From Mobula birostris (lineage: Eukaryota): DNA of 64,000 bases. The stretch spans positions 25,909,821-25,973,820 of the forward strand of contig NC_092379.1 of the NCBI RefSeq assembly GCF_030028105.1, read 5' to 3'. Positions 51,630 to 64,000 of this stretch are shown one piece after another. Positions within the stretch are counted from its first letter, which is position 1, and each line of letters begins with the position of its first letter. Made by a program: the position numbers and the translations under genes. Below the pieces are notes generated by a model. The model saw only the letters and a list, made by a program, of their open reading frames with translations. It was not told where the DNA came from and searched no databases.

Positions 51630-53930
51630 TACAACATAGAACATAGAATTGTACAGCACAGAACAGGCTCTTCGGCCCACAATGTTGTGCAGACCTCCAA
51701 ACCGTGCCTCCCATATAAGGCCCCACCTTAAATCCCTCCATATACCTGCCTTGTAGTCTCTTAAACTTCACTAGTGTATCTGCCTCCACCACTGAGTCAG
51801 GCAGTACATTGCATGTACCAACTATGCTCTGAGTAAAAAAAAAACGGTACTAACCCCCTTGAACTTAGCACCCCTTACCTTAAGGCCATAACCTCTTGTA
51901 TTGAGCAGTGGTGCCCTGGGGAAGAGGTGCGGGCGATCCACTCTATCTATTCATCTTATTATCGTTTACACCTCTATCATGTCTCCTCTCATCCTCCTTC
52001 TCTCCAAAGAATAAAGCCCTCGCTCCCTTAAATTGTGATCATAATCCATACTCTCTAATCCAGGCGGCATCCTATTAAATCTCCTCTGTACCCTTTCCAG
52101 TGCTTCCACATCCTTCCTATAGTGAGGCGACCAGAACTGGACACAGTTCTCCAAGTGTGGTCTAAACAGAGTTTTATAGAGCTGCATCATTACATCGCGA
52201 CTCTTAAACTCTATCCCTCGACTTATGAAAGCTAACGCCCCATAAACTTTCTGAACTACCCTATCGACCTGTGAGACAACTTTCAGGGATCTGTGGACAT
52301 GCACCCCCAGATCCCTCTGCTCCTGCACACTACGAAGTATCCTGCCATTTATTTTGTACTGTGCCTTGGAGTTTGTCCTTCGAAAGTGTACCACCTCACA
52401 CTTCTCCAGGTTGAACTCCATCTGCCACTTCTCAGCCTACTTCTGCATCCTATCAATGACTCTCTGTAATCTTTGACAATCCTCTCGACTATCTACAACA
52501 CCACCAACATATGTGTCGTCTGCAAAGTTGCCAACCCAGCCTTCTACCCCCCATATCCAGGTCGTTAATAAAAATCACGAAAAGTAGAGGTCCCAGAACA
52601 GACCCTTGTGGGACACCACTAGTCACAATCCGCCAGTCTGAATGTACTCCCTCCACCACGACTCTCTGTCTTCTGCAGGCCAGCTAATTTTGAATCCACC
52701 TGGCCAAACCTCCCTGGATCCCATGCCTTCTGACTTTCTGAATAAGCCTACCGTGTGGAACCTTGTCAAATGTCTTACTAAAATCCATATCGATCACATC
52801 CACTGCACTACCCTGATCTATATGCGTGGTCAACTCCTCAATGAATGCGATACAGTCTTGTTAGACACGTTCTGCCCTTCACAAAGCCATGCTGCCTGTT
52901 ACTGATCAGACCCTGATTCTCTAAATGCCCAGAGATCCTATCTCTATGAATCTTTCCCAACACCTTTCCCACGTAAGGCTCACTGGTCTATCATTACCCA
53001 GACTATCTCTATTACCTTCGTGGAACAAGGGGGCAAAATTTGCCTACCTCCAATCGTCCGGTACCATTCCTGTGGACGACGAGGACATAAAGATCCTAGC
53101 CAGAGGCTCAGCAATCTCTTACCTTGCCTCGTGGAGCAGCCTGCGGGTTATTCCGTCAGGCCCCGGCGACTTATCCGTCCTAATGTATTTTAACAACTCC
53201 AACACCTCTTCTCCCTTAATATCAACATGATCCAGAACATCAACCTGACTTATATTGTCCTCACCATCATCAAGATCCCTCTCACTGGTGAATACCGAAG
53301 GTAAGTATTCATTGAGGGCCTAGCTCACTGCACAACCTCCAGGCGCATCTTACCACCTTTATCTGTAATCGGTCCTACCTTCACTCCTGTCATCCTTTAA
53401 ATCGTCACATAATTGAAGAATGCCTTGGGGTTTTCCATTGCCCTACTCGCCAAGGCCCTCCCATACCCCCTTCTTGCTTTTCTCAGCTCCTTCTTAAGCT
53501 CCTTTCTTGCTTCCCTATATTCCTCAATAGACCCATCTAATCCTTGCTTCCTAAACCTCATGTATGCTGCCTTCTTCTGCCTGACTATACTTTTCACCTT
53601 ACATGTCACCCATGGTTCCTTCACCCTACCATTCTTTATATTCCTCACCGGCACAAATCATCATCCTGCAAGAGATCTCTAAACATCGACCACATGTCCC
53701 TAGTGCATTTCCCAGCAAAAATATCATCCCAATTCACACCCGCAAGTTCTAGCCTTGTAGCCGCACAATTTGCTCTTCCCCAATTAAAAATGTTCCTGTC
53801 CTCTCTGATTCTATCCTTTTCCATGATATTGTTAAAGGCCAGGGAGCGGTGGTCACTCCCTCCCAGATGCTCACCCACTGAGAGATTTGTGACCTGACAC
53901 GGTTCATTACCTAGTACTAGATCTAGTATT
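51630..53930 (-). mobile_element. CR1 LINE (ORF2 3' two-thirds)
   Basis: MEFNLEKCEVVHF...QFWSPHYRKDVEALERVQRRF; GEHLGGSDH; ACATAGA tail at about 51635-51650. Confidence 0.9.
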
Positions 53931-54899
53931 GCATTAACAACACATAAATCTTATTTCGACACATACGTCAATAGGAAAGGCTTACATGATTATATGAACA
54001 GAATTTATCCATTGTGATTACGTCATAAAACAGAGCGTCCTTTGACACACACTCCCCACTATCCTGCTGCGGATTGTGCAATCAATGTAAAATCAAATTG
54101 AAGATGTCTGACCAAGATTGCAGTACCAGGGGAATATACGATACTGCGGTGTAATTTGTTTCTAGGAAACATTGCTCTGTCAGTTACTTCAAATAAAGCA
54201 CTGCATCTTGACAATTTTACCAGTCTCCGCGTAGGCAGGAGAGCCAACATTTTTCAGATGAACGACATAGAATATGCTTCACCATTAACCTGTCATGACG
54301 TACGGGCGTGGCGGCTCTGTCTCAATCCTCCTCCTAAATTGTAATTTCGAGTAATCCATGTTCGATCATTTTAACTACCAAGGTAGTATTCCACCAATAT
54401 TGTTGTAGCAGTGTACATTCCACCTTATTAAACTACACGATGGTACAGCAGGTTCTGAGAACTGCGATGAGCAGTGAAAAATCAGCACACCCCGATTTTG
54501 TCACTATAATTCCGGAAGATTTCGAGCAGACCATCGAGAAGAAGGCTCCGAAGATTTACCAGCAATATACAGTATCACACGTAGACGTAGAGAGACGCAT
54601 AGTTGTGACACCATCAAGAACAATAATATTTCAAACCTCACTTACAAATGCCGAGAGGCCCTGACGTATACAGAAATTCTAATGACCGCACTGCCAGTTC
54701 TCAGGATGACAAATAGTATTTGCTTATTGAGGTGGACCAGCGTATATTTGACTGCTGTGAGTCTACGTATTGGACCATTTTCAGAGAGTAACCTTCCAAT
54801 TTAGTCGCATTCGCTATGGATGATTTTGAGTGCATCAGGGCATGTTCAGATGCCTGTGTGACTGTTTGCATGCCAAAGCTTCCTACGTAGCGCTAGCTA

Positions 54900-55600
54900 A
54901 CATCATGAAGATCAGATTCACTAAGAATGAGCTCAGTGCCTTTTACACACGCTATGAAATGTAGAATTAAAGCTCCAAAATGAGCGCCTTTATCTGCCTG
55001 TACAATGGATACGTCCGTACATTAACGGAAGAACGCAGGCGAACTCTATGGGAAATAATTCCTTCGTCTCACTGATAATCAACACTGCCGCACAACATAT
55101 GCATACAATTATAAAGAATGCCCAAAAGTGGTTCTATATCATTTGGCGTTTGAGTTTACTTGCGTTGTCAGCGAAGACACTCGCAAATTTCAAGAATTTT
55201 ACCGTGGAGAACATTATAACTAGTTGTCTCGCCGTCTGACATGGAGTGGCCACTGAACAGGATCGGAAATGTGTGCAGAAGTTTATCAATACAGCCAGCT
55301 GTATCATGGGCCGCAGCCACCGCAGCATCCAGCACACCTTAAAAGATAACTCACAAAAAGGCAACGTCCGTCACAAAGGACACCCTTCACGCAGAACATG
55401 CCAATTGCACATTCCTATCATCAAGTTACGAGGTAGATGACCTTCATGGCACGCACTCAGCATTTGTTGAACAGCCAGTGTCCTTCACATCCGCCATCTG
55501 ACTCTGCATGGACAATACACTCTTGAGCACTCCTTCATTTATTTTGTTCACATTTTGCTCAAAATACCTCATTTTGTCCCCTTATTCTGCACATCCACTT
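54900..55600 (+). mobile_element. Rex1/Babar-like 3' fragment
   Basis: FTVENIITSCLAV...DRKCVQKFINTASCIMG resembles the Rex1 ORF C-terminus. Confidence 0.55.
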
Positions 55601-55699
55601 ATAATTGGATTTTGTTCTCACTGTTAGTCCGCAATGAAATACAGGCATGCCGCAAAACATCTTAATTCCTTACTTTTGCCAGCAATATTGAATTTGTGT

Positions 55700-56140
55700 A
55701 TGATTCTTGTTCTTTTCTTCGGAATGCTCTTCAGTTTCAGCTCAGTCTAACAAATTCGTTGATGATCCCATATTTAACCGCCCAAAGCATTGCTGAACTA
55801 TTTGCTTCAGTCAAATGCAATGGCGATCGGCGAAAAGCATTCAATGCCTAGGGCAAATAGAAATAGGAATGGAGAGGCAGGCCGACACATCCTGGAGTAT
55901 TTATTCCGCTGATTGGCAGAGTTAGCGTGATTATTTGAAGCTGTAGCTCTTCGAACGTTCGGCACGGAGAGGTAATATTTGTTTTCCCCAGCATATTTAT
56001 TGTTATATAAAGCAGTCACATCCAAGGTGCAGCATACAAGAGACCTGGTGATAGTCAGTAAGGGGAACATAATTAAACAGCCAGTGTTGTGTACCCCCGC
56101 TGTTGTCAGCTCAACAACTGGTATATTCATTTGGATATTT
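55700..56140 (+). pseudogene. Candidate degenerate 5' half of a TCR V gene
   Basis: Leader-like MILVLFFGMLFSFSS (55700-55744) with no good donor. Acceptor TTTTCCCCAG (55991). Phase-1 frame gives SKVQHTRDLVIVSKG...LC (56090)...IW (56132), a Cys-Trp spacing of 14. No recognisable second Cys or RSS. Confidence 0.3.
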
Positions 56141-56534
56141 TTTTGGGGGGGGGGCAGGGCTAATGACCCTAGAGAGCATCATCGCAACTGTCGGGTTTCT
56201 GGCGTGAGTCTGACTGTATAATCCAGAACAGAAGGCGGAACAGAGTCAAGCAGTGCATTATTTAATTAGGTGAACGAAAAAGTGGCTACGTGGATGCGAA
56301 CGAATTTCCAGGATAGCACAAAGCCTCCAATGTATCAATGTGCGGGACACCTTGGATAGAGTATTCAAGCTACTTAAGTGGCAGCGTGAGCAACTAGAGG
56401 ACGTAGTCTGATTGGTACTAATGACATAGACAGGAAGAAATACAAGGATATGCAAAGTTGCTTCAGAGAGTTAAGTGCTAAGTTAAAGGACAGTGCCTGC
56501 AGGTTTGTCAACTCTGTTTTTTTTCCAGTGTTAT

Positions 56535-59500
56535 TGTATAACCATATAACAATTACACGACGGAAACAGGCTATCTAGGCCCTTCTAGTCCGTGCCGAAC
56601 GGTTACTCTCACTTAGTCCAACCAACCTGCACTCAGCGCATAACCCTCCATTCCTTTCCTGTCCATATAGCTCTCCAATTTAACTTCAAATGGCAACATC
56701 GAACCTGCCTCAACCACATCGGCTGGAAGCTCGTTCCACACAGCTACAACTCTCTGAGTAAAGAAGGTCCCCCTCATGTTACACTTAAGATTTTGCCATT
56801 TAATTCTCGACGATTTTTTGAATCTCCCCTACTCTCAATGGAAAAAGCCTATCCACGTCAGCTCTATCTATCCCCCTCGTAATTTCAAATACCTTTGTGA
56901 AGACCCCCCCCCCCCACCTCAGCCTTCTACGCTCGAAAGAATGAAGACCCAACTTGCTTAACCTTTCTCTGCTGAAACCCAGGTAACATTCTAATAAACA
57001 TGAGGAAATCTGCAGATACTGCAAGTTCAAGCAACACCCACACACAGATTTCTGGTGAACGCAGCAAGCCAGGCAACATCTATAGGAAGAGGTAAAGTGG
57101 ACGTTTCGGGCCGAGAACGTTCGTCAGGACTAACTGAAAGAAGAGATAGTATGAGATTTGAAAGAGGGAGTGGGAGACGGAGATCCGAAATGATAGGAAA
57201 AGACAGGAAGGGGAGGGATGCAGCTAAGAGCTGGAAGGTTGATTGGCAAAAGGGTTATGAGGGGATCATGGGAATGGAGGCCTATGGAGAAAGAAAGGGG
57301 GAGGGGTGATGGTCAAGCAGTATAGTGAGAGTGACAGAGGAAGAAAAAGTAGAGGGAGAAAATATTCAGCTTTCCAGCTCCTATCATTTCGGATCTCCCC
57401 CTCACCCTCTCACTTTCAAATCTATTACTATTTCTTCTTTCAGTTAGACCTGATGAAGTGTCTCGGCCAGAATCGTCGACTGTTCCTCTTCCTATAGATG
57501 TTACCTGGCCTGCTGCGCTCACTAGCAATTTTTTGTTTGTGTTGCTTAACATTCTAGTAAATCTTCTCTGTACTCTCACAATTTTGTTGACACCTTTCCT
57601 CCATTTTCGGTGACTAGAAATAGACGCAATACTCCAAATTTGGCCTTACCAATGCCATGTACAATTTCAACATTACATCCCAACTACTATACTCAATGCT
57701 CTGATTTATAGAGGCCAGCATACCAAAAGCTTTCTTCATCACCCTATCCACATGTGGTTCCACCTTCAAGGAACTATGCATCATTTTACCCAGATCTCTC
57801 TGTTCTACTGCATTCTTCAATGTCCTACCACTTACCATGCATCCTCTATTTTGATCAGTCCCAGCAAAATCTAGAACGTACCATTTATCAGCATTAAACT
57901 CCATCTGCCATCTTTCAGCCCACTCTTCTAACTGGCCTAAATCTCTCCGTAAGATTTGAACACCTATTTCATTATCCACAACTCTAACTATCTTAGTATC
58001 ATCTGCATACTTACTAATCCAGTTTACCACCCCATCATCCAGATCATTAATGTATATGACAAAGAACACTGGACCCAGTACAGATCCTTAAAACACACAA
58101 CTAGTCACCGGCCTATATTTTGAGAAACAGTTATCCGCCACTATACTGTGGCTCTCTCATCCAGCCACTGCTCAATCCATTTTACTACTTCAATATTAAT
58201 ACCTAAGAATTGAACCTTCCTAACTAACCTTCTGTGTCGAACCTTGTCAAAGGCTTTACTGAAGTCCACAGAGATAACGTCCACCGCTTTACCCTCCTCA
58301 ACTTCCCTGGGAACATCTTCAAAAAATTCAATAAGATTTGTCAAACATGAACTTCCACGCACAAATCCATGTTGACAATTCCTAATCAGGCCCTGTCTGT
58401 CCAGGTAGTTACATATAGGATCTCTAAGAATACCTTCCGTCAATTTACCCTCCACTGATGTCAAATTCACAGGCCGATAATTGCTAGGTTTACTCTTACA
58501 ACTCTTTTTTAAACAATGGAACAACATGAGCAATACGTCAATCCTCCGGCACCATCACCGTTTCTAATGACATTTGAAATATTTCTGTCAGAGCCCCTGC
58601 TATTTCCACGCTAACTTCCCTCAAGGTCCTAGGCAATATCTTATCAAGACCCAGAAACTTATCCACTTGTATACTCTTTAAAAGCGCCAGTGGTTCCTCT
58701 TCTTTAATCATCATAGTTTCCATTACCTTACACAATTCAATATCCTTCTCCTCAGTGAATACCGAAGAAAAGTAATTGTTCAGAATCCCCCATATCTCTT
58801 TTGGCTCCACACATAGCTTTCCACTCTGATTCTCTAAGGGACCAATGTTATCCCTCACTATATTTTTGCTATTAATAAAGCTATACAAAACCCTTTGGAT
58901 ATATTTTCACCTTACTTCCAAAAGCAACCCCATGTCTTCTTCTAGCTCCTCTTATTTATTTATTTTAAGATTCTATTACATTCTTTATATTCCTCCAGTA
59001 CCTCATTTACTCCATGCTGCCTATATCCATTGTTGATATCTTTCTTTTTCCAAGCCAAGTTTCCAATATCACTTGAAAAACAACTCTCTCTCTCAAAATT
59101 TCAACCTTTCCTTTCAATCTAACAGGGACATAAAGATTCTGTACCCTCAAAATTTCACCTTCAAATGGCCTCCATTTTCTCCATTACATCTTTGCCATAA
59201 AACAAGTTGTCCCGGTAGACTTCCTTCTAAATCCTTCCGTATCTCCTTAAAGTTAGACTTTCTGCAATCAAAAATCTCAACACTGGGTCCAGACCTATCC
59301 TTCTCCAAAATTATATTTAAATTAATTGCATTGTGATCTCTGGACCCGCAGTGCTGCCCAACACAAACCTCAGTCACCTGACCTCTGTCATTCCCAAACA
59401 GGAGATCCAACACTGCCCATTCTCTACCTGATACCTCTAACTATTGCTGCAAAAAACTATCCCGCACACATTTTACAAACTCCAAACAATCCAGCCCTAT

Positions 59501-60090
59501 TTACAGTATTGGTTTCCCACTCTCTGTGTGGAAAATTAAAATCTTTCACAATCACAACCTTGTACTTACTACAAATATCTGCTATGTCCTTACAGATTTG
59601 CTCCTACAATTCTCGCTCCCCATTTGGTGGTCTATAATACACTCCTGTAACTGTTACTACAGCTTTCTCATTCCTCAATTCCAACAAAATATCCTTCCTA
59701 GACGAGCCCTCTAATCTATCCTGCCAGAGCACCTCTGAAATATTTTCTCTGACAGGCAATGTCAATATTCCCCGCCACCACCCCCGTCTCACCGATTTCA
59801 TCACACCTGAAGCAATGAAATCTAGCAATATTTAGTTGCCAATCACATCCCTCATGTAACCATTATTCACTAATATCTACCACATCATACTTCCGGATAT
59901 CAATCCATGCTTTAAGCACATTCACCTTCCTTATAATGTTCTTAGCATTAAAATAAAAGCATTTAAGAAATGTCTCAACTCTTAAACTCTGTTAAGCACA
60001 AACTGTGCAAGCAACTTTTCTGCTTTATTTTTCTTCTTTCTACCCTACATTTGTTCCTACACTCTGGTTCCCCTCCCCCCTGGTATCTAG
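56535..60090 (-). mobile_element. CR1 LINE interrupted by a Penelope-derived insertion at 56999-57546
   Basis: NYRPVNLTSVEGKLTE, DFSKAFDKV, ISKYADDTK, SRDHNAINLNI. Confidence 0.9.
56999..57546. mobile_element. Non-autonomous element made of two inverted Penelope-like tails, with a 15-bp TSD
   Basis: TAACATTCTAATAAA (56984-56998) and TAACATTCTAGTAAA (57547-57561) flank a minus-strand tail copy and a plus-strand tail copy, each with a hammerhead-like core. Confidence 0.8.
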
Positions 60091-60249
60091 AATAAATATA
60101 GTAATATCGTCCAGTTTAACTCGTGGCTAAGGACGTGGTATAGCAGGATGTACGTCATATTTATATTATTCTTTATTTTTTCAGGGAAAGTCACATCTGC
60201 ACAGAAGATCTCACCAAAATGGAGGAATCCTAATTCCGAGTAGGTAAGT

Positions 60250-62950
60250 TCGCTGATGTTGCACGGCATAGTGCGGCGGGCTGGTGGTTAAGCTAGAGTT
60301 GCAGAGGCATGAGAACTAGACTGCAAAAACTGGTAATGGAAATGTTGTGGTGACAGATGCAGTTAAGACGTCAGGAAAAATCAAGAATCAAATGGTTGGG
60401 TATACTGAGTCCACTGTTCCGAGTTGCGTATATTTCAACAACTGAGGTATTATAAGGAAGACAGATGAGCCGATGCAATCGATCGAAGTATGGAAGGGAA
60501 TATACTGTCGCCCTTAGTGAATCTTTGTTTCAGGGGATGTGTTTCAATAACCTGGAATTCCATTGCTTCAGATACAAAAGAGCAGGAGAGATTAAATGGG
60601 TAACTGCACCACTACACATTAGTGCAAATGCCAAGGGAGGGCTCATTCTTGTCAAAATAAAGAGCTTGCTTAGTGTTTTTCTTTTTTTTTTTGGTGGGAA
60701 GGACATAGAGGAATAAAAATGTTAAGGCCACATTAAATTGGCTGTATTATAGAACACCAATCAGCGCGCTGGATTGACAGGGAATTTCCAAAGGAGTCGG
60801 CTGCAGTTACAAGAAACATGCGGTTGTTATGGTAGGCCATATCACGCTTCTACATATTGACAGAACTCCCATACTCCATATTCTAGTTGGACTAGTTCAG
60901 AGAGAATGTGACAAATGTATTGAAGAAACATCCACTTTCAGTACACAGAAATCCCAACGAGAGAGTGTTGGATATTTGGCCTGCTGATTGGGAATGAGTC
61001 AAGGCAGGTTTGTGTAGTGAAATACTTTGCGTCCGGTGCCATAATTTCTGTAGTTTCAAAGTTGTTAAAAATGATACATCAGTCTGTGCGTTGAGATGCT
61101 AATTTTGAGTAAGACCAATTTTGAAAGTCTCTAAACGGATCTGGAAAGTGTGGTATGGGGCAGCTGTTTTCTACAAGGGTATACTTGGAAACAGAGGTGC
61201 CAGCAAATGTAACATTTTCGGTGTACTGGCTTGTGTGTGGCTCTCAGAATGAAAAGCAAATAACAGGTACAGAGAATTAAGTTTTCATGTGCGATTGCAT
61301 ACCCTGTTTACAATATTAAAGATACGAATCGCAGGTTGATCACGATGATCAAATGAGCTAACTGTGCAATATATGCAATGCAAGAACAACAATAAGATAT
61401 ATCGCACGAGAGCTTAAAAAAAGGCGAGAACATGTCTTAGCATACAGATGACTGAAAATCGTAAGGGAAGAAACATATACTGTATATGTGAAACAAAAGT
61501 TTTGCAGTGGACACAATGGACATCCGGAAGGTCAGAATGATATCCTATATATCGAGCCAAAAGCGATCAGGTAATTTTAAATGAATAACTTGCAACTGTG
61601 TTTACTCGGGGGATGGGCATAAAATTATATTAAAAAGCAGTAATGACGGCTTGGAGCATATACAGGTCAGAGAAGCGATGTTTCCTGTATCGAAGCAGAT
61701 AAATGCGGATATATCCTCAGGTTCACAAGGTGCTGCCACAGATCCTACTTGTAGGGGACCGAGCAGAGATTGTGTAAATCATCCGTAGCCAGATGTCAGT
61801 GACTGGAGGACTGGAGGATAGGTAGTGTTTTTTTTTTTTTTTTTCTTTTTTCTTCTTCTGCTGTTTAAGAGAATCTCGAAACCTACATCATAAAATTACT
61901 TGAAGTGGGCCTCACACCAGTAGTTGGAAATATATTGGAAATTATTTTAATGGACCGGATGTATGATTATTTGCATTAACAGGGGAAGATGGAGATAATC
62001 AAAATGTGGCGTTGTACGTAGTTCCTGACCAAAATCATAGTGATTTTCCAGAAGTTTACGAGGAGAGTTGGTATAGACAAGACTTACAGTGTTGCTGCCT
62101 TTACAAAATGCAAAGAAAAAAAAAACGCGGTTTACGGAGATGTCTAAGTGTTACTTATGTTTTGTTTTCCAACGACCGTCTGGTCATAAATCAGCATCGA
62201 CTTGCCCACTAACGAATAGGACAAGGGTAGTACGGTTACCTAATCTGAGATGATACTTGCCGTCCTAACTTTGATCAGAAAGAAAGCAAAACTGTATATA
62301 AAGTTCAGAAACTTAAAACAGGCATCGGGGTAATGAGTATTTTTTTTTTGAAGTAGAATTTACTACTCAAACACGCGATCTGTAAGACAGAAAGCAGCCT
62401 CTGAATGACTATGCAAATTATGATCAAGGAGAATCCTGCGACATTTTATATTTGTATTCGGAGCGGTATTTTTTTTCTCTACGATAATGAGGTACAATTG
62501 CGATTATAGTCAGATGAAGGTTCATTTAAGACTACTTTTGTCGGAATTAACTGTGGAGGAATACGTGTTTTTTTTTCAAGACAGTGAAGGCCGGATATGC
62601 AATGGTAACATAATATATTATTGAAGATTCGGTCGGCATATACACTGAATACTGAAAGAACAAAGCGAATAGATTGCAGAACTTTATCAAATACCGTCGT
62701 GCTTCAGTAGGAAAAGTGGGAGCCCCAAATGACTGCAGCACATTGAATGTTGTGTCTCGGTAATGAAAGGAAATAGGGATAATCCAGGTACGTATAGGCA
62801 AGGGAACTTTACACCATCAGTAGAAACGAGAAAACCGTTTGATGAGTGCTAAGCAATGGAACATATAAACACGAACTACAGTAATGCGCTTGATAATCTT
62901 AAGGTTCTTCGTGAGGTTTGATTCATAAGCTAAAAGTGTATGGGATACTT
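60250..62950 (+). mobile_element. Very old CR1 remnants
   Basis: Scattered endonuclease/RT remnants (HCFR..., IKENP.TFYICIRS, GDNPG.YR); boundaries uncertain. Confidence 0.5.
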
Positions 62951-64000
62951 TGCTGGGATTCAGCAATGCAGAACGTAGAAGCAGTAAGAATGGAATTTTG
63001 TCACTCTGTCAAAAGCTTCGTTCTTGCATATATACTGCTCGCAACTTATATCAACGTCATTTATGAAAACGTACACAGCAGGTTGAGCAGGTTAGGTGGC
63101 GACAAGCTCTTCTGCAGATATGGACAATTTAGTAGCTATCAACGAACTGAAGAAGATATAATTCAGTTGTTGAGATGAAATGTGAAGAGGCAGAATGAGG
63201 TAAATCAGGCAGATGTGGCTGGTTGCAAAATTAAATTGATGTAAAGGGTACACAGATAATGTTACCCCTTAAAAGATATAGCTTGCTTTCTCCACTAGCA
63301 TTGGGTTTGCAGGTAGCTCAGTTTCTCTCGGTGTATAGCTTAATTGGGAAATATAAAGTATTACAGAAGATCAAAAGGATTTTGCACGTGAATCATTAGT
63401 ATTCTTCAAAGATGACGCTTCTTTCCTTTTGCATGCTGTAAATGTTATTTTAAGCTTTTAATTCCCCTCGCCATATTTCTGCTCGCTCCTTCATATGCAT
63501 CGTTTCTGCTCTCCCACTCTCCATGGCGATGCAGCCTCCATTTATGAGTATCGTTTTCATTGCAGAATCGCGAGGTCAAAGGTTTACACTTTGCCTATAT
63601 TTTATTTCATGGAGATTATTGAGCACTACCAGTGAAGTTTCTACATTTCTCTCATGTTCGCCGCGAAATAAATACCCACAGCCTTCCACCAGTTATTTCC
63701 TAGTATCTGTCTTCGAAACTTTTGTTTTCAGTTCGTAAAAAAAGTGAAATGTATTGAGACAAATAATTATTTTCTGCATTGTCAATCATCAAAAATGCAC
63801 TGTACGTTATTTAATCCACCGATATTTACCAGTATCTCATTGTTTTATGTTTTCTTACCCTAAATGTGATAACTTGACATTGAATATCATGGTCAAGCGG
63901 TAGCCGATAGTATTCATCGGACTGATGTTTTAAAACCACTAGTCGCTATCCGTCTCCTAGAAACAATATTAGGCTTTCCATATTAGCAGCGTTGACCCTG

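Noticed and set aside
54110-54770. PGEYTILRC (FR1-like) and VD..VY..AVS (V-end-like) fragments
   Set aside because: No conserved Trp, the fragments are too far apart for one exon, and there is no RSS.
1-64000. Prokaryote-type features (operons, CRISPR arrays), rRNA/tRNA genes, and most short ORFs in the track
   Set aside because: The sequence is vertebrate-like. No regularly spaced repeat-spacer array or tRNA/rRNA gene was seen, and the short ORFs are TE fragments, antisense frames or low-complexity artefacts.

Overview
Eukaryotic, transposon-rich genomic DNA, very likely from a cartilaginous fish (inferred from the repeat families and the antigen-receptor segments), and probably part of the variable region of the TCR alpha/delta locus. 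Two antigen-receptor structures are well supported on the + strand. (1) A decayed NAR-TCR-type mini-cluster at 23.2-24.5 kb: leader, an IgNAR-like V lacking CDR2 with an extra FR1 cysteine, a 22-bp-spacer RSS, a D flanked by 12/12 RSSs, and a 23-RSS J. (2) An apparently functional conventional TCR alpha/delta V gene at 36.9-37.6 kb with its own leader and a 22-bp-spacer RSS. No leaderless supporting V-delta is visible after the NAR cassette. Most of the rest is nested, degenerate mobile DNA: CR1 LINEs, Penelope-like elements carrying a minimal hammerhead ribozyme motif, Rex1/Babar, RTE, Gypsy, a hAT fragment, and a retrovirus-like remnant with an 18-nt tRNA-Ser primer-binding site. Most ORFs in the supplied track are TE fragments or spurious. 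TE boundaries were read by eye and are approximate; no database searches were run.
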